A stretch of 64,000 bases of DNA from Eimeria praecox (Eukaryota): assembly GCA_963920595.1 (NCBI GenBank), contig OY986948.1:1798001-1862000 (forward strand). The letters are read 5' to 3'. Of this stretch, positions 49,668-63,403 are shown in pieces. Each line of letters begins with the position of its first letter. Within the stretch, counting starts at the first letter, position 1. The position numbers were made by a program, and so were the translations under genes. The notes below the pieces were generated by a model. It made no database searches. It saw only the letters and a list, made by a program, of their open reading frames with translations, and was not told the origin of the DNA.

Positions 49668-52600
49668 ATGCTGCACCCGTTCTTGCAAAACACAGGGGAT
49701 ACAGGGGAGCTGGATTTTGGAACGTTCACGCAGACTATCCGGAGGAGTGATGCGTCAGACACTCCGCAGCCAGAAGGTGAACGAGCAGCAGCGATATACC
49801 CAAGAGGGGCGCCGTTCTTGATCACACCTACTTTGAGTTGGGAGGATCGGCCGAAATTGACAGCTGGAGCATCTGGAGCAGCCGCACTTCTGACTTGCTG
49901 CGCTTTGCATCCTTTCGACCTTATCAAAACTCGCATGCAAGGTAATGCAGGAACAAGAACGAGCAGCAACGAACACTAAACCAAATCTGCAATCCGCACT
50001 AGTGAACTGTATATTAATTGATGGTAAAGACGGAAATGAAAGCCTTTCCTTGCGGATTGTGGCTGCTTGACAGTTTGACGTGGCGCCTTTACTTGTTGTT
50101 TGAGTGTTTAGGACGGCACTGACGCATGCGCATATACGCACGAATATGCAAGTAATAATAATGCATTCTGCTTCCTATGTTTTGTTATTTTCTCCGCAGT
50201 TGCGGCAGTCACCGGTGGAGCCATTCCTCTCTACAATTCGACTCGATCGGCTATAACTCGAATTTACAAACAAGAGGGCCTCAGGGGACTCTGGAAAGGA
50301 GTAGGATTGACAGCTGCAGCGTCTTCGACTTCATGGACGTGTTTTAGATACATGTACGTTCATTTACTCTTTCTAATTGCTTTCGTCCTGCCACTTTCGT
50401 TTTGCTATGTTCTGAAGGCGCGCTTCGTTGCGATACGTCATTCGCACGTGGTGTAATATCTGTAGGCTTTGATTACGGAGCCTTCTCTAGATTTCTTACT
50501 TTTGAGTTAACTTAGGCTTTCGTTGTTATCCTTGCTCGCATTGAACTTACATTTTCCTCAGCGAAACTTTGAGCGATTGGTTTCCTTCTTCAGACGAAAC
50601 TCCAAAATTGAAATGCGCTTGCTGCGCATTTGTTTATATGTTCATATGAAAGAAATGAATAGATATTGTCTGTTTATGTTTGCATTCTTGTGCAGATTCG
50701 ATCGCCTTGGTGCCAGCTTTCCCGGTTGGCGCGAGGCTCTTCACGGAACTTCGAGTAGAACAAATGAAGTGACACAGAGGACATCGCTTGACGATGTGGT
50801 GTGCGTACACCTCAGCGTATTCCGAGGGCATCGTGCCCATCCGTCCTCACTTTTGCTCCAGTTCTGTATTTGTTGCCAAGGACATCGATTTATGATCGTG
50901 AAGCCGACAGAATACTTCATATCTCTACCCAAGATATGTTCCTTCTTCGCTTGACTTCAGGAGCAGGCTGTGCATATACTTCGTTGCTTCGGTTGCTTTC
51001 CCCTTGTGCATTTCGCGTTTCAGGCTAGCGGTCTCGTCGCCGGCCTCCTCGTTACCTGCCTGACCCACCCATTATGGCTCGCCAAAGCGCGAATGGAAAT
51101 GCAGGCAAAGGAAACGGAGGTAAGGAGGCCTCAGAATGCCGCCTGATTAGAATGAAGTCCTTAGTTGTACGAACCGAAACTCTTCTTTCCTCCTGGCCAG
51201 CTTGATAAGATAGAGCCACCAGCAGGTGGTAGAAAAGCTTTTCTATATGTTTTTCAAGCGAACACTTAAAGGAAACAGTGCAAACGCTTTACTCTCTCCG
51301 ACTTCACTTTTAAAACTAAACACGCATGTAGTAGTGCATGCAGTGATAGCAGCTGATGAGTTAAACTCCTGATTAGCTTACCGGTGAATAATAATAATTT
51401 ACTGTTCGGTGTTTCCACCTACATTCTCAAATTCATATTTGCCTGCATGTTGACCCTTTTCACGGCTTGTTGTGCGCCCTTTGCTTTTGTTTCTCCGTCT
51501 GTCTGCACAAATTTGTGAGCAGTTGATTTTGTACTGTGTTTTCTCTGTGCTCTTTTCCTACATATTCTGTATTCGTGTCCTGTGTTAATTCTTCCTGAGT
51601 AGGACTGTGTGTGTTTCTCACCTCTGCAGAGCGTCTTATTTATCGGCTCGCTGATATATGTTTGCGTTTGTGACTGTGCTGTGCCATGCAGACTTTCGGT
51701 TGGCCTAAATTCCGCAACAGCTTTAGTTGTGTCATGAGCGCCGCCCGCGGTGGTGTGAGAGAATCTTACAAAGGCATCGGCCCGGCGTTAGCCTTAGCGC
51801 CGCATGCAGCTATTCAAATTGCAGTGTACGAGCGGCTCAAGCGAAAACAGTGAGCATAAGAATATCTACAGATACAGCCTTAATGTATTTCTCGGTTTAA
51901 TCGCTTAATGGAGAACCCACGAAAGTGTGTGCCGCGTATTAATATCCACACAACAAGAACGAGGAATGATTCAGTTGAGAATTCCTACAATACAAACACC
52001 TTTCGTAACAGGATAATTGTGGACGTGCAGATGCATTGTGTGGGTGGCTGTTTCTTGTCTTTTATTACTGTAGCAACAACTCACAGAACTCTTCATCGTT
52101 CTCCGCGGGGATGCCTGCTGTTTGGGGAGCAATGTCGAAGTTCGCTGCGCTCAGTATCACGTATCCCCTCCAGGCAAGTCTGATGCAGAGCAATTACACG
52201 CAGCTGCGTTGCTTTGCATACACAAGAGGCACTTGAGGGTCATGGGCGCTTCTCAGCTGAACTAAGCCGCTTCTTTAAGGGCTTAAATTAAAGGGGAAAG
52301 GCCTTCCCGACCCCTGTAACTGCATGGGACTGCATGCGTATATATATGCAGGTTCTAAGGAGCCGACAGCAGGTTCACAACAGTCCTTACGCCAATTTAA
52401 ACTTCTTGGAGGTTGGCATCGTGAGTTCACACGCGTCCTTAAAACAGGGAAAGCTCACTGACACACGAGAAGTCGTTACGGCTGCTGCTGTTGCAGATAG
52501 GAGAAGCAGGTGGAGGAAGGGCAGGGGTGGTTTTGTGTTCATCTGAGCTGCAGCAGCTTGCTTTCCTTGCAGCAGCAGAGTGAATGCTGTGAGATAGTCT

Positions 52601-52824
52601 GAGGTGTCGTTTGTTATATTCGCGCGCTCGGTTTGTTTCTTTGTGCGGATAGACATTTGCTGTCTGCATTCACATGTTTGGGGCTTTTGTGTTTTCAGAA
52701 GATGATCCGAGAAGAAGGAATGTTGTCTCTCTTTGGCGGATTCTGGGTGCACACGCAGCGCGCGTGTTTGCAGAGTGCGCTGATGTTTTTTATATACGAG
52801 GGAATCCTGATTAGAGTTAAATGA
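49668..52824 (+). CDS. Mitochondrial carrier family protein, folate/FAD carrier (SLC25A32/Flx1-like). Exons 49668-49941, 50200-50353, 50696-50798, 51024-51119, 51692-51849, 52074-52173, 52352-52420, 52699-52824
   Basis: Three carrier repeats with signature motifs HPFDLIKTRMQ, HPLWLAKARME and YPLQVLRSRQQ, plus EGLRGLWKG, YKGIGPAL..PHAAIQIAVYERLK and EEGMLSLFGG. The W in repeat 2 and the PLQV.RSR.Q pattern are typical of the folate/FAD/NAD carrier clade. Confidence 0.92.
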
Positions 52825-53040
52825 AGAAGCGAAGACAGCCAAAGCTTCCCTTCTCTACCAGGAAGTACGAAATGCTGTCTACAGCAGAGACGTTGTCTCT
52901 TTCTTTTTATCTATCTATCTGTCTTTCTGTATGTATGTGTGTGGTTTTTTCTTACACTTTTCGTGTATTTGTTTGTTTGTATCGTGTTGCCTGTTTTTCT
53001 GCTGCTGTTAGATACTACACTACACATTACTACTACTACA

Positions 53041-53094
<54 letters not shown>

Positions 53095-54168
53095 ACTACT
53101 ACTACACATCCCTCCCACTTCATCAGCTTTCTTTGCATGTCGCTGACTGCTGTTCTTAGCAGAAAACATTTCTTACGAAGAGCAGCGGCGTTTCGCTAGT
53201 TTGTCTAACAGCAGCATACCCAAGTGTTTTTCAAGTCTCTCTCTCTCTCTTACAAAACAATACCTGAGGGAGAGCTGGCTGTATTAAATAAACAGATAAT
53301 ATATAAAATATAATAAATGAACATACAAAGAAGTGGCGTATCTATCGCACTGCTTAGCACTTACCTGCATGCGAGCTGCACGTACACCCCAATAATCAGC
53401 CCCAGCCCCGTTTTTCGTTCAGCTGTCTTCAGACAATCTCACACGCAGTGTATGTACACACGTGCTGTAACACAGCCCACGGCCTGTCTGTATATATTGT
53501 ACTAGTCTCGGCCTCTGTTTAAAGACGAGGGGGGTTAGTGAGGAAGGTGTTTCTGTCTCCTTTCTTTCTTTCGTTGGGGCTGGGGAGTGGGGAGACGTTG
53601 CATGCATGCAGAATGCAGAAGAGTTTTCTGTTTACTTTCCAGACAATCTTGCGTTTATTTCTTCTCTCAGTGAGAAGGAGGTTAGATGTGGCTAGCTAGC
53701 AGAGACACACTAATATTTTTCTGTACAAACAACAGAACCCCTCAGAAGGAGTCTGTGCAATACGCTGCAGCAGACAGCAGCAAGATGCTGCTGCTGCTGC
53801 TGCTGCTGCTGCAGATGCAGCTGATAGCACGCACAGCTCTCTCTCGCCCTTGAAGAATGGGGCTTGCAAATGCATGCAGACTGATCTAGAACGAAGTGGG
53901 GCTGCACAGCGAGCAAACACCTCTCCATATTCCGAGAGACTTCATCGACCCTACTGCTGCTGCCGCTGCTGCCGCTGCTGCATGTAGCTGCTAGAGCAGA
54001 CACCTGCTGCTTCTGGCTGCAGCAGCAGCAGCCAGCAGCAGCAGCAGCAGCCAGCAGCAGCAGCCAGCAGCAGCAGCAGTCTGTTCTTCAACAGTCAACA
54101 ACACCTTTTCATCTTTTGTACAGTCTTTGCAACAAATGACTGGAACAGCACAGCCCCAAAACTGCAGT

Positions 54169-54254
54169 GCATGCAATGCATGCAGTGCATGCACACGGGT
54201 GCAACCAGATGCATGCAACGCATGCATATGGGGCTGTCCTGCTAGAACAAATTC

Positions 54255-54323
<69 letters not shown>

Positions 54324-54557
54324 TTTAAACTCTCCCTCATTCCTGAAGGCCACAAACTCTTCGCCACACCTGCAACTTAAAAACTTCTTAAAACTCCTTT
54401 ACAAATATATTCATACAAACAAATGCATGCAAACAAATACATGCAGCCAAATACATGCATACAAATGCATGCATGCATGCAAAGAAAAAGTAAAGAAATA
54501 CATGCATAAAAAAAAATCAAAAGAAATACATGCATGCATGCATGCATGCATGCATGC
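54169..54557. promoter_or_regulatory. Dense cluster of TGCATGCA octamers, including tandem (TGCA)n
   Basis: About ten overlapping or nearby TGCATGCA matches between the convergent 3' ends of the carrier and phosphatase genes. The motif is known to be abundant in coccidian non-coding DNA; its function here is not shown. Confidence 0.55.
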
Positions 54558-54876
54558 AACGCCCCACGGAAGTCTTCATACGACACAACGAGAGGGCGCG
54601 AGAGCGAATGGTGGGGCTTCCTCTTTAGTCCCCTTCATCGCTGCTATTGCTGCTGCTGCTGCTACTGCTGCTGCTGCTCTTGCTGCTGCTTCTAGTATTG
54701 AAGCCGCTGCAGCAAACATGTTGCTTCAAATTCTCTCAATCCGAAGACGAATATCAAAAAGCCCCGCCTTATTAAGTGAACATACTTAAATATATTAAAT
54801 AAATATTATAAATATACATATATATATATATATGTAGAGCTTCTTAACCAAAATTTTCCTGTCTTGTTTCGCGATG

Positions 54877-55608
54877 TTAATGAAGCAGAGCCTCCCTTAT
54901 GACAGGACGAATATCTTCCACCTGCCAGCAACGCGCCAAACCACCTACTGCACCTAGGGTTTAGGGTTTAGGGTTTAGCACCTAGGGTTTAGTGTTTAGG
55001 GTTTAGGGTTTAGGGTTGTTTACCTTTGCCAGAGACCTCAATATGGGGATTAATTCTAGCAATTCTCGATCATGCGGATCGTCAAACCTGAAAACAAATC
55101 TCGATAGACACTCTGCGGTGTATCTGCAGCTACAAATATAGCAGAAACAGACTCAATAAAAAGTGAAAGAAACAACAGTAAACAAACAAAAACAAACAAA
55201 ACTAAATAGACAAACAGAACCCAAAAAACTGAAGGAAGTTTAAGATATAAAATAAATAAAGAAAAATAAAACACGCAAGAAGACAGACAGAGAGAGACAG
55301 ACAGGGAAAGACAAACAAAACAAAAAAACAAACAAATAAGTTAAACAGACAGCCAGGGATCGAACCCATTCACGTAACTCAAATGGGCTTTTGGTTTTGT
55401 ATTAACAAAGAAGAACATGAAAAGCCACGAAATGCAGCAGCAGCAGCAGCAGCAGTCGTAGCAGCAGCAGCAATCGTAACAGAAGCAACAGGCGTGACAG
55501 CAACAGCAGCAGCAACAACAGCATCAGCAGCAGCAGCAGCAGCAACATCATTATCACCAGCAGCACCAGCAGCAACAGCAGCAGCAGCAACAGCAGCAAC
55601 AGCAGCAA

Positions 55609-55643
<35 letters not shown>

Positions 55644-55847
55644 TCTACCAGCTTTTGATGGGGATAGCATTCTCTGTATGGAACAGATACGCTTTGCAAG
55701 AATTATCTACGATAATAACATTTCTTAACTCGCGCCCTAAAAGAGATAAATCCTTCACGAAATTGCCTCTTCTACATATACAAACAAACAAAACACGAAA
55801 AATAATGATATAAATAAATAAAGTATATATATATATATCTATATATC

Positions 55848-55878
<31 letters not shown>

Positions 55879-56068
55879 TTATATATATATATATATGCAT
55901 ATATACAAAAGACAATATAACAAGAAAACGAACAAAACAGAAACGAACAAACCAAACGCAAAGAAAGAGAACACACACACAAACGGCCAGGCAAACAGCC
56001 GCTCTGCATATGTCTACATCTCTCCCTCTCTCTCTCTCTACATATATATATATATTTATATTTATATA

Positions 56069-56148
<80 letters not shown>

Positions 56149-58489
56149 TAAATAGATAGATAGATTATCAGGCAGGTGGGGAGAGAGACAGATAGACAAA
56201 TAGATCTAAGAAACTCTTTTGTTTTGTTCTCTTCGTCTTCTGTTTGTTATGCATTTGTCTATTATGTTTTTCTCTTATCCTCTGTCTGCTCTCTTTCTTA
56301 TTTTTATTTTTTTTTATTCTTATTTTTATGTTTATCTCTCCCTAGTTTATATTTTACTATTTTTTGTGTTTCTAATTATCTAATTTATTCGTATATCTGC
56401 AATATTTGTGGCATAATCTTTTCCATTTATCCTCTCTTTAGTTGTTATCTCTTATTTAATAAGAAACAAAACAAATAAACAAATTTAATTTAATTTAATT
56501 TAATTTAATTTAATTTAATTTAATTTAATTTAATAGACAAAATTTAATTTATTTTTACAGCTTATTTATCTTATTACTGCATTTGCGCAACATATACATT
56601 AAATTTTTTCTTGTTTTTCTATCTCTTTTATTTCTAAATTCGAATAGATCTACTATCAAGTCCTTACTATTAAATTATTATTATTATTATTATTACTATT
56701 ATTATTATTATTATATTATATTATATTATTTGATTGTATATTATAATAATTAATTTATTAGTATTTTATTAACTGACAGATACGTGCAATACTCTCTGAA
56801 TAGACGAAAAGAACAAAGATGTTGAGGGTCGATCTTGTCAACAACCAAATCTGCATACTAAACAAACAAACAAACAAACAAAGATAAAACAAACTAATAA
56901 ATAAATAATAGATAGAGAAATACATTAAATAAATAAATACATGCGTAGAATAAATAAATATATAAATATATAAATAAATAAATGTATGAATAAATAAATA
57001 TATAATATAAATAAGTAAAAAAATAAATGCATGAATAAATAAATAAATAGATAAATGCGACCGTTAAACAAATACAATTTGTAAACAACTACAAAACTAA
57101 TACAAACGAAAACAATAAACAAATACAGAAGTAAAGCAAAAGATAAAATAAACAAAAAAATAAAAAAATAGAATTAAGAAATAAATACAATTAGGAAACT
57201 CATACAAAATCAAACAAAACAATAAAACATAAATACAGAACAAGAGAAAAGACATTAAAACAAATATATTTATTAAACAGTAAAAACAAACAAACAAATA
57301 ATAAACAAATACTAGAACTAAACAAATATAAACTGTAAACAAACACAAAACGAATACAAAACAAATACAAATAAACAGTAAAACAAATACAAGTGTTAAA
57401 CAATGAAACAAAACAAAACAAAACAAAAGAATAAACAAATACAAAAGCAATACAAAACTAATATAGAACAAAACAATAAAAATAGAAATAGAAGACGAAT
57501 ATAAAACAAGTACAAAACAAATACAAAACACATACACTAACAATACAGAACAAATAAAACTATGAAAAAAATATAAAACAGATAAAACAATAAAACAAAT
57601 AGAAAACAAATAGAAGACAGATACAAAGAATAAAAAAATAAAACAAGTACTAAAAACAAAACAGAGGCAGCAAATACAAAGCCAATACAAAACAAGGTAG
57701 AAAAACAAAAACAAAACAACAACAAAAATAAATCAAATAAAAAATTAAATTAAACAAAAACAAAAACAAATAGATAAAAGATAAAAACAAATACAAAAAA
57801 AAGACAAGACAGATCAGTAAGAGGATGCAACAAACACAAAATATAGAAAACAAAGTAAATAAAAAAAATAAAACAAACAAAACAAATACACAAAAGCAAA
57901 GCATAAGGAATTAATAAAAGAAATAAAACAAAACAAACACAAGATAAACAAATAAATCCACCACATACAACAAACACAACAAATTTAACAAATAAAACAA
58001 AACAATAAATACAGTAAATACAACAAATAAAACAGACAACACCAAATAATACGAAAAGTTAGAAAACTAGGACAGACATAAATAATCAAATAATACGACA
58101 AGCACAAAAGAAAAAACAAATAAATAAACGATATGACAGGAAACAAATAAAACAAAACAAACAAACAAAACACACAAAACAAATATAACAAATAAAACAT
58201 GTAAACAAATAAAACAAATAACACAAATAAAACAAATACGAAAAAGAAACAAAACACAAGCAACTTCAAACACAAACAAAAACAAAGACAGAAAAACACA
58301 GAGAGAGGCGAAGCAAGACAAAAGAATAAGAAATAAATAATAATAATATATAATAAAAACAAAACCAAACAAATAAAAAATAAATAAAAACAAATAAAAA
58401 CACTAAAACTAAAACAGGCGAAAGCAAAAGGAAACAAACAAAAGAAAGCAAAACAAACCACAAATGCAGCAGCAGCAGCAGCAGCAGCA

Positions 58490-58537
<48 letters not shown>

Positions 58538-60606
58538 ATTGCTTACATTAGAGACAGAGGCTGTGAAGATAACGACTTCGAACAACTTCGATACTTCCTC
58601 TAGAAACCTGTCAACCCCTAAACACGCCAAACCACAAACAAACCTAAACCCTAAACCCTAAACCCTAAACCCTAAACCCTAAACCCTAAACCCTACAGGT
58701 CGATGAGTGTGGGTGATTGTCGAGGTGTAGGGTTCGAATGTTTGTGCATCGATATCGGTTTTGTCTGTAGAAGAAGTATATTATATTATATTTAAGTAAT
58801 ATATAATAATATAATAATATAATATAGTAATATAATAATAATAACAATATATATATTATTATTATTGTTAATAATATATTAGTATTTGAAGATGAAGGTA
58901 ATAGACAGACAAGAAAGAAAGAAAGAATTACCTGGACGTTGTTTAATGTAAATTTGTCTGGGGTGTCTGTCCAGGTCAACCTAAGGAGACAGACAGAGAG
59001 ACAGACAGAAAGAGACAGAGACAAATATCATAAACTTAGAGACAGATAGAAAGACAAATAGAAAGAGACAGAGAGAGAGAGAGGGAGAGACAGAGAGAGA
59101 GACAGAGAAGGGGAGAGGAGATAAGACAGAAGAAGAAGAAAAGGAGACAGAAGAAGAAGCAAAAGAGACAGAAGAAAAAATTGAAGAGAAGGAAGATGAT
59201 GACAGAAAGATGAGGAGGGAGAAGAAAGACTAGAGACAGAAGAAAGACTAGAGACAGAAGAAGGAGAGAAACAGAAGACAGAAGACAGAAGAAGGAGACA
59301 GTAATAGAAAAGACAAAAGAAAGAATGCGAAGAGGAGACAGAAGAAGAAGAAAAGGAGACAAAACCAAAGACAGACAAAAACAAAATAAGAAGAGGGGAC
59401 AGAAAAAGAAGAAGAGACAGAAGAAAGAATAAGGAGACGGAAGAAAAGTAAAGAGACAGAAGAAAGAATATGGAGACAGAAGAAAGGAGACGGAAGAAAG
59501 AATAAGAAGATAGATGAAAGGAGACAGAAGAAAGAATGAGGGGACAGAAGAACGAATAAGAAGACAGAAGAAATACTAAAGAGACAGAAGAAATACTAAA
59601 GAGACAGAAGAAATAGTAAGGAGACAGAAAAAGAATATAGAGACAGAAGAAAGAATAAGGAGACAGAAGAAAGGGTAAGGAGACAGAAGAAGAGGAGGGC
59701 CGAATAGAAATACTAAGGAGACGACAGAAGAAATAGTAAGGAGACAGAAAAAGAATAAAGAGACAGAAGAAAGAATAAGGAGACAGAAGAAGAGAAGGGC
59801 CGAATATAAATATACTAAGGAGACAGAAGAGATAGTAAGGAGACAGAAAAAGAATAAAGAGACAGAAGAAAGAATAAGGAGACAGAAGAAAGGGTAAGGA
59901 GACAGAAGAAGAGGAGGGCCGAATAGAAATACTAAGGAGACGACAGAAGAAATAGTAAGGAGACAGAAAAAGAATATAGAGACAGAAGAAAGAATAAGGA
60001 GACAGAAGAAGAGAAGGGCCGGCCGAATAGAAATATACTAAGGAGACAGAAGAAAGAATAAGGAGACAGAAGAAAGAATACGGAGACAGAAGAAAGAATA
60101 AGGAGACAGAGGAAGAGGAGGGCCGAATAGATATATACTAAGGAGACAGAAGAAATAGTAAGGAGACAGAAAAAGAATAAAGAGACAGAAGAAAGAATAA
60201 GGAGACAGAAGAAGAGAAGGGCTAGCTAGACATACGGTGACAACGAAGGTATAAGACTGAGGCTTGATAAGACTACTACGCACGAGGGTTTCATCTAAAT
60301 CAAGCACAAGTGTCTTCTTCCCCTAACAAACAAACAAACCCTAAACCCTAAACCCTAAACCCTAAACCCTAACCCGTAAACCGTAAAATCTAAACCCTAA
60401 GAACGAACAGACTATGCCACATACATGCAACAACAACCCTAAACCCTAAACCCTAGAAAAACCCTAAACCCTAGACCCTCCCAAAACCCTAAACCCTAAG
60501 AAGCATCATGTGCTCAGGAGACAGAAAAGTGACAGACAGACATTCACCCCCAGCCCAAGCCACACACCCAATGCTGAACTAAACACAGAATAAAATTAAG
60601 ACAAGC

Positions 60607-60676
<70 letters not shown>

Positions 60677-61363
60677 TAAATAGATAGATAGATAGATAGA
60701 TAGATAGACAGATAGATAGATAGATAGCACTTCAGGTGTACAGACAGCCTGTTGAGAATATATTGTATTACTGTCTCCTCTCCGTTTTAAGATGCGGCTG
60801 AATCAGTAGTTATCCTTCTTTAGATAGAGATAGAAAAGACAGAGACAGATAAAGATAGAGAAGACAGAGACAGATGAAGATAGAAAAGACAGAGACAGAT
60901 AAAGATAGAGAAGACAGAGACAGATAAAGACACAGAAGACAGAGACAGATAAAGATAAAGATACAGAAGACAGAGACAGATAGAGGTAGAGACAGATAAA
61001 GGTAGAGACAGATAAAGATAAAGAAGACATTTTATATATTTAGTTTTATTTTTATTATAAAAGTATACTTCCTACTTTTATAATAAACATAAAAATATAT
61101 AAAATAAAATAAAACAAAACAAAATAAAATATAATAAAATAAAATATATTCATTAAATATACTAATTTTATTTATTAAGAGCTACCCTTAGAACAACTTA
61201 CTACATCTTCTGGCCGCTGAGGAGGCAAGAAGGGAATAAGGTCTGGGCTGGGGTCTATACGAACAACGCCTCGATGCTGCTGCAGCAGCAGCAGCAGCAA
61301 CAGCAGCAACAGTAGCAGCAGCAGCAACAGTTGCAGCAACAGTAACGGCGGCAGCAGCAGCAA

Positions 61364-61395
<32 letters not shown>

Positions 61396-61799
61396 GCAAC
61401 AGCAGCACACACACACCCAGTGGCCTTGACGATGCATTGTTGTGTCTGTGCTGCAGCTGCTGTCTCTGCTGTCTCTCTGTCTGCCTGTCTGTCTGTTCGT
61501 CTCTCTCTCTCTCGCTCTCTCTGTCTCTCTCTTTCTCTGTCTGTCTCTATCTTTCTGTCTCCCTCTGTCCCTACTATCTTTCTGTCTGCTTGTCTGTCTG
61601 TCTGTTTGTGTCTGTGTCTGCCAGCCTGCCTCTGTTCCTCTGTCTCCTCCTCCTCCTCTCCGTCTCAGTCTGTCAGAGAGAGTCTACATCTCTCTATCTC
61701 TCTGTCTCTGTCTCTGTGTCTGTCTTTATCTGTCTATCTCTCTATCTACCTATCTATCTAACTATCTATCTATCTATCTATCTATCTATATCTATCTTG

Positions 61800-61850
<51 letters not shown>

Positions 61851-62341
61851 TATCTATCTGTTTGTGTGTGTGTCTCCTTCATATGTGTTGTCTCTGCTCT
61901 GTGTGTTCTTACTTGTTTCTTTGTTTTTTTATGTTTTTTCTTCTTTCTCTTATCTCTCACCTCCCCACAAGCCCAGGGACAGAGGCAGAGACAGGTGGGT
62001 TTAAGTATTCTTATGATCCAGGGCTTCTTCTTTATCTGTGTTGTTTTAATAATTTGTCTGTCTCCTTTTGTTGTTGCTGCTTCTACGGTGTCTGTCTCCT
62101 TTTGTTTTGATATATTAACAATATCTTCTGTCTTCGTCTTCTCTTGAAGCAGCAACTGACAGATGAGGGCCTCTGCTGTCTGCTGTTGTTTAGACTGCCT
62201 CCTTGTTGTAGATTGTATTTGTTGCTTCTCTTCTATCTTCTTCTTCTTTTTCTTCTTCTTCTCAGGTGTACAGACAGCCTCCCTCCTTCTAGAAGACTTC
62301 ACACTAACGCCGCCTCCTTCAACTGATATTCGCTCAGCCAT
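54877..62341 (-). CDS. Small CTD phosphatase / NIF (FCP1-like, HAD superfamily) protein. Exons 62341-61961, ~61277-61202, 60322-60236, 58980-58932, 58617-58547, 56857-56778, 55771-55649, 55087-55024, 54921-54877
   Basis: [27 protein letters not shown] (DxDx(T) motif), [39 protein letters not shown]...[30 protein letters not shown]...[31 protein letters not shown]. All joins are in frame. Confidence 0.94.
56860..58465. repeat. A-rich low-complexity intron (AAAC/AAAT/AAAAC degenerate repeats)
   Basis: Read directly. It explains the Phe/Leu/Cys-rich spurious ORFs. Confidence 0.85.
59380..60222. repeat. Purine-rich intronic minisatellite (~21-bp aaggagacagaagaaagaat units in ~100-120-bp higher-order blocks)
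   Basis: Marker gggccgaatag/a recurs at ~59697, 59797, 59916, 60016 and 60120. Confidence 0.85.
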
Positions 62342-63363
62342 CGCTTAGATACAATCGAAACAATACACTAGAAAATAATTCTGTCTCCTCTCTCTGTCTC
62401 TTCTGTCTCCTCTCTCTGTCTCTTCTGTCTCCTCTCTCTGTCTCTCCTGTCTCCTCTCTCTGTCTCTTCTGTCTCTGCTGTGTCTATCTTCTGTCTCCTT
62501 TCTCTGTCTCTTCTGTCTCTGCTGTGTCTATCTTCTATCTCCTGTCTCTGTCTCTACTCTGTCTCTCTTCTGTCTCTCTTCTGTCTCCTATACGTCTCCT
62601 CTTCTCTGTCTCTCTTCTCTTTCTCTCAGTCTCTTCTCTGTCTCCTCTTCCTTCCTCCTTCTTCTCTCTCCGTATTCTCTCTCTCTTTTCTGTCTCTTTT
62701 CTGTGTCTCTCTTCTATTCAATTTCTTCTCTGTCTCCAAGTGTAGTGTCTCCTCAGTTCTTCTTTACTTTCTCCTGTCCCCACCCTCTTCTCTGTCTTCT
62801 CTCTATACCTATTTCTATATCTCTTGTCTCTAAGAGGTTTATTCTGTCTCTTCTTTCCTCTCTCTCTCTTCTCCTACTTTTCATAAATATGCTGAGCAAC
62901 AGCTGAGGGGACAGGCGAAAGGAGAGAGACTAAGAGATATATCTACTTATCTTCTTCTCTATTCTCCTACTTCTCTATTCTACTATTTACGTTCTACAGG
63001 CTGACAGCACAACATCACTCTAAAAGCTGCCTATACACCCCAAGGGTGTGTCTGTCTGTCTCTCTTGAAGATGCAGTCTAATCTCTTCGTTTTCTCGATT
63101 TTAAAGCTGTGTCTATACACCTCAAACACCATATAAGGAGGAGGCATCAGCAACTAAATAAATAAAGCCCACCAGGTGTCTAGACAGCTCTCAAAACAGC
63201 CAAACTCCTTCTTCCCTCCACCTGTGATTTAAAGAGAAGCAAGAAACAAAAAATCTAAGCGAGATGAAGCTGATAAAGAATAAAACGTCGTAAAATGCAG
63301 AGGCCCCCCAGCAACGAGTATGGGGGTTAACAGAAGAACCCTAGCAAATGCTGTTGCTGTTAG

Positions 63364-63403
<40 letters not shown>

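Noticed and set aside
53696..54789. Short ORFs between the carrier and the phosphatase
   Set aside because: No coherent spliced model or domain; dominated by CAG, TA and TGCA repeats, probably 3' UTR or intergenic.
55352..55370. GGGTTCGATCCC T-loop/B-box-like motif on the minus strand
   Set aside because: No acceptor stem, D-arm or anticodon arm can be folded around it, and it lies in an intron; not a tRNA.
59380..60222. CRISPR-like repeat/spacer appearance
   Set aside because: Intervening sequences are themselves repeats, the context is a eukaryotic intron, and there are no cas genes.
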